Shown piece by piece: positions 1-11,013 of a DNA stretch of 64,000 nt. The translations under genes were made by a program, and so were the position numbers. Position 1 is the first letter of the stretch; the number at the start of each line of letters is the position of its first letter. This DNA is from an uncultured Chloroflexota bacterium. Its GTDB lineage: Bacteria; Chloroflexota; Limnocylindria; Limnocylindrales; CSP1-4. The stretch covers positions 19,014 to 83,013 of the forward strand of contig CAIJPD010000038.1 in the NCBI GenBank assembly GCA_903822495.1, in the 5' to 3' direction. A model generated the notes under the pieces. That model was not told the DNA's origin. It did not search any database and worked only from the letters and a program-made list of their open reading frames with translations.

Positions 1-1389
<1,389 letters not shown>

Positions 1390-1400
1390 CGGTTCTCCGT

Positions 1401-1955
1401 TCAGTGAGCCGAGCGAGAGCCGGTCACGAGCTGGGTCCTGAGCCGCTCCAGGCGACCTCGGACGCTGGCGTCGAGCAGCTGGTCGCCGACCCGCACGGTC
1501 AGCCCGCCGATGAGGGCGTCGTCGACGCGGACCGTGAGGTCCACGTCGCCGCCGGTCATCTCGGCAAGCTTGGCGCGAAGGGCGCTGGTCTCGTCCGCGG
1601 AGAGCGGCGCTGCGCTCGTCACCACGGCCTCGACCACGCCCCGGCGGCGATTGAGGAGACGCTGATATTCCGCCGCCACGGCGGGAAGGATCTCGGCCCG
1701 GCCCCGCTGCACGAGGAGTCGAGCCATGTTGAGCACGTTCTGGGGGACGCGTCCGTCGAGGAGCCCCTGCGCGAGCGCCGTCCGCTGGACGAGCGGGATC
1801 GAGGGGTTGTCCACGAGCGGCGCGACGAGCTCTCCCGTGAGGAGCTCGGCGGCCTGCCGCAGGCCATCGGCCCACGCATCGAGGGCGTCGTCGCGCAATG
1901 CGATCTGGAACGCCGCCTCCGCGTATCGACGGGCGGCGATCGACGGCCTTGCCAT
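1401..1955 (-). CDS. atpH: ATP synthase subunit delta (OSCP)
   Basis: The 184-aa ORF is OSCP-like (..[41 protein letters not shown]). Its ATG overlaps the atpF stop (ATGA). Confidence 0.9.
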   Translation of the reverse strand: MARPSIAARRYAEAAFQIALRDDALDAWADGLRQAAELLTGELVAPLVDNPSIPLVQRTALAQGLLDGRVPQNVLNMARLLVQRGRAEILPAVAAEYQRLLNRRRGVVEAVVTSAAPLSADETSALRAKLAEMTGGDVDLTVRVDDALIGGLTVRVGDQLLDASVRGRLERLRTQLVTGSRSAH

Positions 1956-2527
1956 CAGCTCCTCGACGCCCCGCTGGGCTCGGCGAGGAACTCCTCGACG
2001 AGTCGACGCTGGCGCTCCCCGTTCATCGAATCGCGGACGACCTTGCCGGCGGCCGCAAGGGCGAGGTCGGCGACCTCGGCCCGAAGGTCGCTGAGGGCCT
2101 TCTGCTTCTCGGCGGCAATCTCGGCGGCGGCGCGGGTGCGCATCCGATCGAGCTCGTCGCGGGTCGCGGCGATGTCCGTGTCGCGAGTCTCCTGGGCGAC
2201 CTTCTGGGCGCGGGCCAGGATGTCGTTCGCCTCTCGGCGCGCCTCGGCAAGGGCGGCAAGCCGCTCCTGCTGCGCGGCTTCGCGGTTGCGGCGGGCCTCC
2301 TCGGCATCCTTGAGCCCCTGGTCAATCCGGGCCCGACGGTCGTCCAGCATCTTGCTGATGGGACCGAAGGCCACGGCCTTGATGACGAACAGGAAGAACA
2401 GGAAGTTTGCCGCGGAGACGATGATCCAGAAGCCGTTGATGACCAGGCCGGCGCTCTCTCCGCCCGTTTCGGCGGCGAGCGGCGTCGAACCGAGCGCCAC
2501 GGCCCCGGCAACGGCCAGAAGGTTCAC
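1955..2527 (-). CDS. atpF: ATP synthase subunit b
   Basis: 190 aa with an N-terminal TM helix followed by a long charged coiled coil. It lies between atpE and atpH. Confidence 0.85.
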   Translation of the reverse strand: MNLLAVAGAVALGSTPLAAETGGESAGLVINGFWIIVSAANFLFFLFVIKAVAFGPISKMLDDRRARIDQGLKDAEEARRNREAAQQERLAALAEARREANDILARAQKVAQETRDTDIAATRDELDRMRTRAAAEIAAEKQKALSDLRAEVADLALAAAGKVVRDSMNGERQRRLVEEFLAEPSGASRS

Positions 2528-2552
2528 CGGTGGTTCTCCGTTTCCTGGCTGG

Positions 2553-2765
2553 CTACTTGATGAAGATCGTCAGGATGCCGACGACGATCGCGAGGACGCC
2601 GAGGCCTTCGGCGAAGGCCGCGAGGATGATCGCAAGGCCGCGGATCTGACCGGCTGCGTCGGGGTTGCGCCCGATGGCGCTGCTGGACATGCCGGCGAGG
2701 ATGCCGATGCCGATGCCGGGGCCGAGGACGCCGAGGGCGGCGAGGCCTGCTCCAAGATGCTCCAT
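2553..2765 (-). CDS. atpE: ATP synthase subunit c
   Basis: 70-aa two-helix proteolipid with a GIGIGILAG..RNP loop and a conserved acidic residue in helix 2 (AFAEGLG). Confidence 0.95.
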   Translation of the reverse strand: MEHLGAGLAALGVLGPGIGIGILAGMSSSAIGRNPDAAGQIRGLAIILAAFAEGLGVLAIVVGILTIFIK

Positions 2766-2823
2766 GTGCGGACTTCCTCCTTCTCCCCGGGTGGGCCCGG
2801 GCTATTGGACCGAGTTGGTGGGT

Positions 2824-3864
2824 TCAGTGGCTCGCGTGATGGGCGGCTGCCGGCTGGCCATCGAGCTCGATGTCCGGGTCGGCGACCGGCAGGGCGTGGG
2901 GCTCCAGGTCGTGGCCGGGGCCTTCGGGGTGGTGGCTCTCCACGGCGGCAAGCGTGAACATCAGCGTGAGCACGCTGAAGATCAGCGCCTGGACAAAGTT
3001 CAGGAGGAACTCCAGGCCCACCAGGGCGACCGGGATGATCGCGATGGTCAGCGAGGTCATGACCGCCAGGGCCACCTCCCCGCCGAAGATGTTGCCGAAG
3101 AGTCGCATGGAGAGCGTCAGGGGCTTGACGAACTCGAGGAGGAGCTCGATGAGGCCCACGAACATCCCGATGACGCCCGCGCCGACCCCGTGCTTGAACT
3201 CCCCGATGGGGAAGAACTTGGACAGGTAGCCGCGGACGCCCAGCCGGCTGAAGCCCTGCCACTCGAAGAAGCCGAAGGCGACGAGCGCCAGGCCGATGGT
3301 GATGTTCACGTCGCTGGTGGGCGCGCGCAGCTCCTCCAGCTTCCCGATGGGCGGCACGAGGCCGCTCCAGTTGGAGAACAGGATGAACAGGAAGAACGCG
3401 GCAAAGAGCGGGATGTAGCGCTTGGCCTCCGGACCACCGAGCGACGTGCCGAAGCCCTCGAGGGACTCGTACGCGAACTCGATGAAGTTCTGGCGGCGGC
3501 CGGGGAGCAGCTTGAGCCCCCGGCTGAGGAGGAAGACGCCGATGAGCACCACGGCCATCACGATCCACGAGGTCAGGATGGTGCTGGTGATGCTGGGGTG
3601 GAACTGGACGATGCCCTCGGCGGGCTCACCCGGCGCGAGGTCGAGGACGACGTGCGGCGCCGGCAGCTCCAGGTTGGCGACGATGCCGTCAGCCGGGAAG
3701 GCGAAGGCATCACCGGGCTGGCCGCCCTTGGGGAACGGGGGCAGGAAGATGGCCGCGAGCACGTCCACGACGATGACCGCGACGAGCGCCATGAGGATGG
3801 CGTTCTTCGGCGATCGCTTCGCCGGGGTCGCCTGTCCGTCCTGCTGCTGAAGTGCCGCGGTCAC
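2824..3864 (-). CDS. atpB: ATP synthase subunit a (long N-terminal extension; an internal start is possible)
   Basis: 346-aa polytopic membrane ORF with the LSMRLFGN motif. Operon position supports the call. Confidence 0.9.
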   Translation of the reverse strand: MTAALQQQDGQATPAKRSPKNAILMALVAVIVVDVLAAIFLPPFPKGGQPGDAFAFPADGIVANLELPAPHVVLDLAPGEPAEGIVQFHPSITSTILTSWIVMAVVLIGVFLLSRGLKLLPGRRQNFIEFAYESLEGFGTSLGGPEAKRYIPLFAAFFLFILFSNWSGLVPPIGKLEELRAPTSDVNITIGLALVAFGFFEWQGFSRLGVRGYLSKFFPIGEFKHGVGAGVIGMFVGLIELLLEFVKPLTLSMRLFGNIFGGEVALAVMTSLTIAIIPVALVGLEFLLNFVQALIFSVLTLMFTLAAVESHHPEGPGHDLEPHALPVADPDIELDGQPAAAHHASH

Positions 3865-3903
3865 GCTCGCTCCACATACGCGAGCACGGCCACGCGGCCG
3901 TGC

Positions 3904-4161
3904 TCAGCCTTGTCGATTTCCTCCTGGTGGGACGGGTCCGTCATCGAACGAGGCCAGGAACCTCTTGATGAGGCTCCATGTGCCGCGCGCCCCGATGCCC
4001 ATCCCGAGGAACAGGCCGACCAGGACGAAGACGGGAAGGGTGGCCAGCTGTTTGTCCACCCAGTAACCGATACCCACGCCTGCCAGCGTCGCCACGAGGA
4101 GGATGAACCCAATCTCCGAGAAGAGGGCCAGATAGCCCCCGGTTCGGCCGGGCTCGATCAT
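3904..4161 (-). CDS. AtpZ/AtpI-family small membrane protein
   Basis: The internal ATG at 4161 gives 85 aa with two TM helices (..IGYWVDKQLATLPVFVLVGLFLGMGIGA..), typical of AtpZ upstream of atpB. The upstream part of track ORF 3904..4605 is Arg/Pro-rich junk. Confidence 0.7.
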   Translation of the reverse strand: MIEPGRTGGYLALFSEIGFILLVATLAGVGIGYWVDKQLATLPVFVLVGLFLGMGIGARGTWSLIKRFLASFDDGPVPPGGNRQG

Positions 4162-4184
4162 CTGTGACCTGACAAGGCAGGCGG

Positions 4185-4193
4185 ATTGTAGCA
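4185..4193 (-). promoter_or_regulatory. candidate extended -10 promoter (TGCTACAAT) for the atp operon
   Basis: The reverse strand reads TGCTACAAT about 24 nt upstream of the atpZ ATG. There is no good -35. Confidence 0.3.
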
Positions 4194-4315
4194 GGTGAGC
4201 AGGGCTCGGCGCGGCGCCACGGCCGCTGCGGTGGCGCGCTGGGCAGGCCGATTCCCTTGTGTTTCGTGCGTGGGAGTGACGGATTGGCCCGCCGGCCGTC
4301 CGGGGCCGCAGCGCA

Positions 4316-5221
4316 TCAGCCGCAGGCCCGCGCTTCGTCCGGGAGGAGCGGCCGCACGGCGAGCGTCCAGTCCACGCCGGCCTGCCGGTAGCGCGTGATC
4401 TGCGTCGCCTGCCCCATGACGGCCGTGAACGCCGGGACCAGGGGGCCCTGGATGACGCCACAGCCGGAACCGGGTGGGAGATTCGCGGGTGCGAGCGACG
4501 CGAGGACGGGCAGGGCAGCGGGCCAGTCCACGACGTTGGGCGCGGGCTGGCCCTGGGCGGAGTCGGTTGCCCTGGTCGCATAGATCCGGTACGCGGTCGG
4601 GGCATAGGTCGTCGTGCTGGTCGCGCCGACGTATGCCTGCACCTGCCTGACCAGGTTCGCGATGGCCGTCCTGGCCGCCTTCTCCTCGGCCGAGGCGCCC
4701 TGGTCCGGCTGGAACCCCAGCGCGTAGATGCTCAGCCGGTGCGGCCCGTCGGCGTCGATGAAGGTGATCACGGTGGTCTCGACATCAGCGACCGGCGCGG
4801 ACGTGTATGAGCGGTCGGGGCCGGCGAGGCCGGCGCCTCGGGCCGCGGCCGTGATCCCGTCGATCCCGTCGCGGCCAAGCTGGTGGAGCATCAGTGGCGA
4901 GACGGCCGGTCCCGGGTAGATCGCCGGGACCGCACCGGGCTCGATGACGCGCCCATCGGCATAGACCGTGACCTGGGGGAGCCGCGTCACGAGGAATCCC
5001 GGCGGCACAAAGCCGCCATCGGCGGCAATCCGCAGCAGGAGCGCGTCCGGTCCGGCGCTCCCGGCCGGCATGGAGGGCCGGAGCGACTCGCCGGGCGCAG
5101 ACGTGGACGAGGCGGACGGCCCAGCCGACGAGCACGCGGCGAGCAGGGCCATGGTCGCGATCAGGGGCACGACCAGCCGGGTGGGCCGCGTCACCGGACG
5201 CCGGGGCGGGGATGGGCGCAT
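4316..5221 (-). CDS. hypothetical lipoprotein
   Basis: 301 aa with an N-terminal signal and lipobox (..TMALLAAC SS..). Third-codon GC is high. No family recognised. Confidence 0.6.
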   Translation of the reverse strand: MRPSPPRRPVTRPTRLVVPLIATMALLAACSSAGPSASSTSAPGESLRPSMPAGSAGPDALLLRIAADGGFVPPGFLVTRLPQVTVYADGRVIEPGAVPAIYPGPAVSPLMLHQLGRDGIDGITAAARGAGLAGPDRSYTSAPVADVETTVITFIDADGPHRLSIYALGFQPDQGASAEEKAARTAIANLVRQVQAYVGATSTTTYAPTAYRIYATRATDSAQGQPAPNVVDWPAALPVLASLAPANLPPGSGCGVIQGPLVPAFTAVMGQATQITRYRQAGVDWTLAVRPLLPDEARACG

Positions 5222-5287
5222 GCGGCGCTCCTGTGTTCGGCGATGGATGCCCCCGACGCGCGGGTGGCGGACCGGGTTCCGCGGCTG

Positions 5288-6619
5288 CTAGGGGACCTGG
5301 ATGAACGTCACGTCCACGGTGCAGTCGGCGACGATGGTGCTGGTGGTGTACGTGACGTCAACGACGAACCCGCTGCAGCCCGTGATCGTGGCTACAGCCC
5401 AGTTCAAGTCGGGCGTCACCGTGAGCGTCACCGTCGTGCCGAGCGTCGCCGGCTGGGATGTCGGGGTGATCGTGCCGCCGATCCCGCCCACGACGTTGCC
5501 GGAAACGGTGTAGACGGGCAGCGGCGTGGGTGTTGGCGTGGGATCCGGCGTGGGAGTTGGCGTGGGCGTGGGATCAGGCGTGGGCGTGGGCGTAGGCGTG
5601 GGCAGCGGGGTCGGCGTTGGCGTGGGATCCGGCGTGGGTGTTGGCGTGGGCGTCGGCGTTGGCGTGGGATCCGGCGTGGGTGTTGGCGTGGGCGTTGGCG
5701 TTGGCGTGGGATCCGGCGTCGGGGTCGGGCTGGGCGTGGGCGTGGGCGTGGGATCCGGCGTAGGCGTGGGTGTCGGGCTGGGCGTAGGCGTCGGGCTGGG
5801 CGTCGGCGTGGGCGTCGGGCTGGGCGTGGCGCCCGGCTCCGGCGTGGGGGCGGGCGTGGGCGTCACGGCCGGTCGCGCCGTGGTCCGCGGCGTGGGCGGC
5901 GCCGTGATCTCGGGAGCCGGTCCGGGGTCCGTGTCCGGGGCGGCCGTGGCCTCGACCGGGGTCGGAACGGCGGTGGGCGTCGGCGGGGGCGGCGTATTGC
6001 GGTTCGGCGTCGGTGAGGGCGGCCGCGTCGCCTGGGCCGCGATCAGGCTCCCGCTTGGCTGCACGGACGGCTGGGAGGCCGCCTGGGACGGCTGCGAGAC
6101 CGCCTGGGACGGCAGGAAGCGCGTTCCGACGAGGATCAGGGCCGCGACGATGAAGAGGGCGATGGAGGTATCGCGCCAGAGCCGCAGGCGCGGGCTGGGC
6201 GCAGGGGCGATCCGTCGTCGCTTGCCTCGGCGAACAGGGTCGGTGGCCCCGGTCGGTGTGCTTGCCGACGGCGGCGCGGCGGGCGTGAGGGGCGCGGCCT
6301 GGGGCCGTGCGACAGACGCGGCCACGGGGGCCACGGGGGCCACGGGGGCCACGGGGGCCACGGGGGCGGACGGTGCCGGCTGGTCCAGGCCCAGCCGCCG
6401 CATGATGTGGACCGTGTCCTGCTCGTGGACGCTCTGGCCCGCGCCGGGCCTCGGCTCACGCCGGGTCAGCCACGCGACCAGGTCGATCAGCGTGTCGCGA
6501 AGTGAGCCAAGTGCCTCGTCGACCGCCTCGCCCAGGGTGCTCCCGGTGGGCGCGGTGACGAAGACCATGACCACGACCGTGACGAACAGGATGAACAGGA
6601 AGAAGAGGGCGGGATCCAT
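5288..6619 (-). CDS. membrane protein with a long Pro/Thr linker and a C-terminal divergent InlB B-repeat-like domain
   Basis: 443 aa with two TM helices, a (PVA)5 repeat and about 170 aa of PTPTPTPDP-type linker. The last ~75 aa ([49 protein letters not shown]...) resemble the divergent InlB B-repeat fold (inference). Confidence 0.7.
   Translation of the reverse strand: MDPALFFLFILFVTVVVMVFVTAPTGSTLGEAVDEALGSLRDTLIDLVAWLTRREPRPGAGQSVHEQDTVHIMRRLGLDQPAPSAPVAPVAPVAPVAPVAASVARPQAAPLTPAAPPSASTPTGATDPVRRGKRRRIAPAPSPRLRLWRDTSIALFIVAALILVGTRFLPSQAVSQPSQAASQPSVQPSGSLIAAQATRPPSPTPNRNTPPPPTPTAVPTPVEATAAPDTDPGPAPEITAPPTPRTTARPAVTPTPAPTPEPGATPSPTPTPTPSPTPTPSPTPTPTPDPTPTPTPSPTPTPDPTPTPTPTPTPTPDPTPTPTPTPTPTPDPTPTPTPLPTPTPTPTPDPTPTPTPTPDPTPTPTPLPVYTVSGNVVGGIGGTITPTSQPATLGTTVTLTVTPDLNWAVATITGCSGFVVDVTYTTSTIVADCTVDVTFIQVP
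5520..5870 (-). repeat. degenerate hexanucleotide-type coding repeat (Pro-Thr linker)
   Basis: ggcgtgggcgtgggatccggcgtgggtgttggc-type units on the plus strand encode [13 protein letters not shown] on the minus strand. Confidence 0.85.
6321..6365 (-). repeat. perfect 9-bp tandem repeat x5 (gccacgggg), in frame (PVA)5
   Basis: Read directly from the sequence at 6321-6365. Confidence 0.9.
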
Positions 6620-6678
6620 GAAGTAGGCAGCCTATCACCTACGCGCGGGGCTTCCCAACACCCACGACCTGCGGGCCG

Positions 6679-7815
6679 TCAGTCGTCGGCTTCGGCCATC
6701 TCGTCGTCGAGCTCCATCGCCTCGTACGAGTGCGGCTCGAGCGCCGCCGCCGCAAACCGGCCCCTCGTCAGGACGAACAAGACAAGCCCAAACCCCACCA
6801 TGACGCCCAGGAAGGCGTAGACCTGGCCGGTGACCGACAGGATCAGGCTGAGCGCCCCAAGGCCCGCGCAGATTCCGTAGATCAGGAGCACGGTCTGTCG
6901 CTGGGAGAGTCCCAGGTCCAGCAGTCGATGGTGGATGTGGCCGCGGTCGGGGGTGAAGGGAGACCGTCCCGCCGCGATTCGACGAACGATGATCCAGAAG
7001 GTGTCGATGATGGGCACGCCCAGGACCAGGAGGGCCACCGCCACCTTCGCGGTCCCCAGCACGGCCAGCGTGGACAGCGTGAAGCCCACGAACATCACGC
7101 CACTGGTTCCCGCGAAGATGCTTGCGGGATGGAAGTTCCAGCGCAGGAACCCGAGCAGGGCGCCGGCGAGGATGAAGCACAGCAGGGCGACAAACGGCTG
7201 CGAGATCGACTGCGTGAGGCTGAGGACCCCGAGCGTGATCGCGGCAATCACCCCGATCCCCGACGAGAGCCCGTCCAGGCCGTCGATGAAGTTGATGCTG
7301 TTGATGACGCCCATGATCCAGAGGACCGTGAAGCCGGCGGCCCACAGCCCCTCGATCGGGATCTTGCCGGCCCCAAACGGGTTGTCGACCGAGCCCACCT
7401 GGATGCCCGCGCTGACCACGACGACCGCCACGCCAAACTGCCCGAGGAACTGCCAGCGCGCCCGCAGGTCATAGACATCGTCCAGGGTGCCGATGATGGC
7501 CGCGGCCGCGCCGCCGGCCAGCACGACGACCAGCTGGGCGCTGGTCAGGGAGGCCGGCAACGGGATGCCTGCCGCGGTCGGACCAAGCAGCGCCAGGAGC
7601 CCGGCGACCACGACGAATGCCGTGGCCACCGCCAGCCCACCGCCGCGAGGCATCGGGTGGAGGTTCACCCGGCGATGGTTCGGATGGTCCACGGCGTCCG
7701 CGGCGATCGCGAGCCGGCGCACCACCGGCGTCAGCAGGAACGTCACCAGCGCGGCCGCTGCGAAGGCCGCGACGATCCAGGGCAGCGCGGCGATCACCCC
7801 GTCGTCGAGCATCAT
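6679..7815 (-). CDS. wecA: glycosyltransferase family 4 (MraY/WecA/TagO-like undecaprenyl-phosphate GlcNAc-1-P transferase)
   Basis: 378-aa polytopic ORF with the NSINFIDGLDGLSSG motif. Its position between glyA/tsaC and the atp operon matches actinobacterial rfe/wecA. Confidence 0.85.
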   Translation of the reverse strand: MMLDDGVIAALPWIVAAFAAAALVTFLLTPVVRRLAIAADAVDHPNHRRVNLHPMPRGGGLAVATAFVVVAGLLALLGPTAAGIPLPASLTSAQLVVVLAGGAAAAIIGTLDDVYDLRARWQFLGQFGVAVVVVSAGIQVGSVDNPFGAGKIPIEGLWAAGFTVLWIMGVINSINFIDGLDGLSSGIGVIAAITLGVLSLTQSISQPFVALLCFILAGALLGFLRWNFHPASIFAGTSGVMFVGFTLSTLAVLGTAKVAVALLVLGVPIIDTFWIIVRRIAAGRSPFTPDRGHIHHRLLDLGLSQRQTVLLIYGICAGLGALSLILSVTGQVYAFLGVMVGFGLVLFVLTRGRFAAAALEPHSYEAMELDDEMAEADD

Positions 7816-7863
7816 CCCCGAAGGCGTCCTGGGCGCCCAGCGGTCATCGGGCGGACCCCGACA

Positions 7864-9183
7864 TCAGTCCGGCGCCATCCCGGGGACGGGGAAGCGGGCG
7901 ACCAGGGCCGCCACCTCGGCGGCCAGCGACGCCTGGCTCGACGGGTCATCACGGGTCTGGAGGCACGTAACGATGAGGCGGGCGATGGTCCGCATCTCGT
8001 CGGGCCCAAAGCCGCGCGACGTGGTGGCCGGCGTCCCGACCCGGATTCCGGACGACGTGTTGGCGCCGTTCTTGTCGAAGGGAATCTGGTTCTTGTTGAC
8101 CGTGATCCCGATCTCGTCGAGCAGGTGCTCCGCTTCCTTGCCCGTCACGCCCAGCGGCGTGACATCGACGAGCATGAGGTGGTTGTCCGTGCCGCCGGAG
8201 ACCAGGCGGGCCCCCTGCGCCGCGAGGGCCTCGGCGAGCACCTTCGCGTTCTCGATCGTGCGGCGCTGGTCGGTCCGGAACGGCTCCTGGGCCGCCAGGT
8301 GGAGGGCGACAGCCTTGGCGGCGATCACGTGCATCAGCGGCCCGCCCTGCGTGCCGGGGAAGACGTTCTTGTCGATGCTGGCGGCGAGCGACCCCTTGAC
8401 CGTCGGGAACCGGGCCGGGTCGATCCCTGCCGGGAGCTCCTTGCGGCTGAAGATCAGGCCACCCCGCGGGCCGCGCAGGGTCTTGTGCGTGGTGGTGGTC
8501 ACGATGTCGGCGTGCGGGAACGGCGACGGGTGCACCCCGGCCGCCACCAGCCCCGCGACGTGGGCCATGTCGACGAAGAGCAGGGCGCCGACCCCGTGGG
8601 CAATCTCCGCGAGGCGCGGGAAGTCCCAGGTGCGCGGATAGGCAGACGCGCCGGCGACGAGCACCTTGGGTCGGAACTCACGGGCCTGCTGCTCGAGGGC
8701 GTCGTAATCGACCTGCTCGGAGTCCTCGCGGACCCCATACGAGGCGACCTCGTACAACCGGCCGCTGAAGTTGAGCTTCATGCCGTGGGTCAGGTGGCCG
8801 CCCTGGTCCAGCTTCATGCCCAGGATCCGGTCACCCGGCTCGATCACGCTGAAGTAGGCGACCATGTTCGCCTGGGCACCCGAGTGGGGCTGCACGTTGA
8901 CGTGCTCGGCGCCCGGGAAGAGGGCGAGGGCACGCTCCTGGGCGAGGCGCTCGGCGACGTCCACGTACTCGCAGCCGCCGTAATAGCGCTTGCCGGGCAG
9001 GCCCTCCGCGTACTTGTTGGTCAGCCAGCTGCCCTGGGCCTCCATCACGGCTTCCCAGACGTAGTTCTCGCTGGCGATCAGCTCGATCTTGTCGCGCTGA
9101 CGGCGACGCTCGCCCTCCATCGCCGCCCACAGATCAGGATCGACCTCGGCGATGCTGCCCCGGCCAAGTCCGGTTGCGTCCAC
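7864..9183 (-). CDS. glyA: serine hydroxymethyltransferase
   Basis: Motifs: ..[49 protein letters not shown]. The GTG at 9183 is preceded by GGAGG. An alternative ATG lies at 9237. The track ORF extends further upstream into tsaC. Confidence 0.93.
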   Translation of the reverse strand: MDATGLGRGSIAEVDPDLWAAMEGERRRQRDKIELIASENYVWEAVMEAQGSWLTNKYAEGLPGKRYYGGCEYVDVAERLAQERALALFPGAEHVNVQPHSGAQANMVAYFSVIEPGDRILGMKLDQGGHLTHGMKLNFSGRLYEVASYGVREDSEQVDYDALEQQAREFRPKVLVAGASAYPRTWDFPRLAEIAHGVGALLFVDMAHVAGLVAAGVHPSPFPHADIVTTTTHKTLRGPRGGLIFSRKELPAGIDPARFPTVKGSLAASIDKNVFPGTQGGPLMHVIAAKAVALHLAAQEPFRTDQRRTIENAKVLAEALAAQGARLVSGGTDNHLMLVDVTPLGVTGKEAEHLLDEIGITVNKNQIPFDKNGANTSSGIRVGTPATTSRGFGPDEMRTIARLIVTCLQTRDDPSSQASLAAEVAALVARFPVPGMAPD

Positions 9184-9304
9184 TGCCGCCACCTCCACCT
9201 TCGTACACGTCGGCTGCCTTCGCGGCAGCCGGCGCATGGCCGAACCCTCCCGCGGACGACCGTATCTTCCCACGACCGGCGACCCGGCCGAGCGGGCGAG
9301 CCGA

Positions 9305-9961
9305 TCAGGACGCCCCGGGGCCCACGAGCGAAGTGCCGGCCGCGACCAGGATGGCCTGGATTCGCTCGCCGGAGATGGCGCCGGCCCGCAGCAGCCTGGG
9401 CTCCGGGCCCGACAGGTCCACGACCGTCGACGGCTGCCCACCGGCGGACGGACCGCCGTCGAGCACCAGGTCAACCGCGTCGCCGAGCGAGTCCACGACG
9501 TCTGCCGCCGATCGCGCATCAGGCCGGCCGGACCGGTTCGCCGATGTGGTCGGCAGCGGCCCAAGCACCGCCGCCATGGCGCGCGGAGCCGGGTGGTCGG
9601 GCACCCGGAGGCCGACCGTGGGGGCCCCGCCGGTCAGGGAGCGGGGCAGCGCCACTTCGGGCCGACGACGAAGGATCAGCGTGAGCCCACCCGGCCAGAA
9701 CGCCCCGGCCAGGGCGGCGGCAGGCGCATCCATGATCCCGATCCCGGCCGCCTGTGCCGCGTCGGCGAGGAGGAGCACGATCCCCTTCTCCGGCGGGCGT
9801 TCCTTGGCGGCAAAGAGGCGCTCGATCCCGCCCTCGACGGCCAGGTCCACCGCGATGCCGTAGACGGTGTCCGTGGGGAGGGCAACGACGCCGCCGGCAC
9901 GGAGGACGGCGACCGCCGCCGCTCGGCCGGCCGCGTCGTCGGCGACCAGGCGGACCGTCAC
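9305..9961 (-). CDS. tsaC: L-threonylcarbamoyladenylate synthase (YrdC/TsaC/YwlC family)
   Basis: 218 aa with ..[15 protein letters not shown].., ..[10 protein letters not shown].. and ..STVVDLSG... The GTG start overlaps the upstream stop (GTGA). Confidence 0.85.
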   Translation of the reverse strand: MTVRLVADDAAGRAAAVAVLRAGGVVALPTDTVYGIAVDLAVEGGIERLFAAKERPPEKGIVLLLADAAQAAGIGIMDAPAAALAGAFWPGGLTLILRRRPEVALPRSLTGGAPTVGLRVPDHPAPRAMAAVLGPLPTTSANRSGRPDARSAADVVDSLGDAVDLVLDGGPSAGGQPSTVVDLSGPEPRLLRAGAISGERIQAILVAAGTSLVGPGAS

Positions 9962-11013
9962 CGCGACTCGGCCAGGGGCTCCGGGAGGGCGCCGGGCTCG
10001 GAGAGCGGCTCGGCGACCCCTGCGTGCTGGGCGGAGACCGCCTCGGCCATCGCCTGTTCCGCCCGGTTGGCCGCGTCACCCTCGCCGGGGAGGTCGGCCA
10101 GGTGGCGCTCCGCGGCGAAGCGAAGGGCGTTCAACCGCACGTCACCCGGTCCGGCCAGGATCAGCGCCTCGATGATCTCGGCGGCTCCCTGTTCGAAGAC
10201 TGAGGGGGCGATGTAGCGGGCCTGGAGCTTGAGCTCGAGCGGGGCATTCGTCATCGCCACCCCGTGGCCGGCGGCCGCGACCATCTCCAGGTCGTTGAGC
10301 TGGTCGCCGATCGCCATCACCTGCTCCAGCGGGATCCCCTGCCGGCGCGCCAGCCAGCGGAGGGCGCGGCCCTTGTTCACCCCTGGCGCCACGAACTCCA
10401 GGAAGCGCGGGTGGCTGATCGTGGGCTGCGCGATATGGCCGACGGCGGCCCACGCGGCGCCGACCAGCGACTCGGGGATCGGCGGCTCGCCCACGGCGGT
10501 CACCTTGGACACCGGGTGACGGAGCACGGTGAAGAGATCGTCGACCGGGTACGCCAGGGCGCCCAGGAACGCCTGGTACTCGGCCCACCGGGCGTCGTCG
10601 GCCTGGATGATGAACCGCTCGAGGTGGTTCACGTGCGCGCCCAGGCCGTTGGCATGTGCCCAGCGCACGGCCGCGAGCGCGCCCTCGGAGCTGATCGGCT
10701 CGTGGAACAGGAGCCGGCCGGGTCGCTCCTCGCCGGCACCGCGGATCTCGCGGACCACCGCGCCCTGGTAGCCGACGATCGGGTCGACCAACCGCATCTG
10801 GGCCGCGAAGCGGAGGCCGCTGGTGGGCATCCGGCCGGTGATGACGGAGACACGCACGCCGGCGTCCAGCGCGGCACGCACCGTGTTCCGCGTGTGCTCC
10901 GGGATGACGCGGGTCTCGTGCACCAGCGTGCCGTCGATGTCCAGGGCCAGCATCCGGATGGGGAAGACCGGCTGGACCGAGCGGGCGACGAACGCGCCGC
11001 CGTGGCGCTTCAT
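9958..11013 (-). CDS. Cof-type HAD-IIB family hydrolase with a C-terminal extension
   Basis: Motifs DIDGTL and GDQLNDLEM are present. The ATG overlaps the prmC stop (ATGA). Confidence 0.8.
   Translation of the reverse strand: MKRHGGAFVARSVQPVFPIRMLALDIDGTLVHETRVIPEHTRNTVRAALDAGVRVSVITGRMPTSGLRFAAQMRLVDPIVGYQGAVVREIRGAGEERPGRLLFHEPISSEGALAAVRWAHANGLGAHVNHLERFIIQADDARWAEYQAFLGALAYPVDDLFTVLRHPVSKVTAVGEPPIPESLVGAAWAAVGHIAQPTISHPRFLEFVAPGVNKGRALRWLARRQGIPLEQVMAIGDQLNDLEMVAAAGHGVAMTNAPLELKLQARYIAPSVFEQGAAEIIEALILAGPGDVRLNALRFAAERHLADLPGEGDAANRAEQAMAEAVSAQHAGVAEPLSEPGALPEPLAESR

Noticed and set aside
5520-5870. Repetitive DNA that could superficially resemble a CRISPR or other spaced repeat array.
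   Set aside because: The units are 6-18 nt, degenerate, contiguous with no unique spacers, and lie in frame within a coding region. No cas genes are present in the window.
5526-6626. A 366-aa plus-strand ORF full of GVGVGS repeats.
   Set aside because: It is the mirror image of the minus-strand Pro-Thr linker. The minus-strand frame has TM helices, a folded C-terminal domain and proper start/stop context.
6730-9684. Very long ORFs antisense to or out of frame with known genes. Examples: 6730..9684 (984 aa), 24411..26876 (821 aa), 31623..33944 (773 aa), 55000..57741 (913 aa), 27842..30358 (838 aa), 1404..2957 (517 aa) and 439..1407.
   Set aside because: They overlap genes with unmistakable homology (wecA/glyA, gyrB, secA, VanW/jag, gyrA, atp genes). 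Their translations are Arg/Pro/Gly/Ala-rich low-complexity sequence. Stop codons are simply rare in such GC-rich DNA, so these ORFs are expected artefacts.
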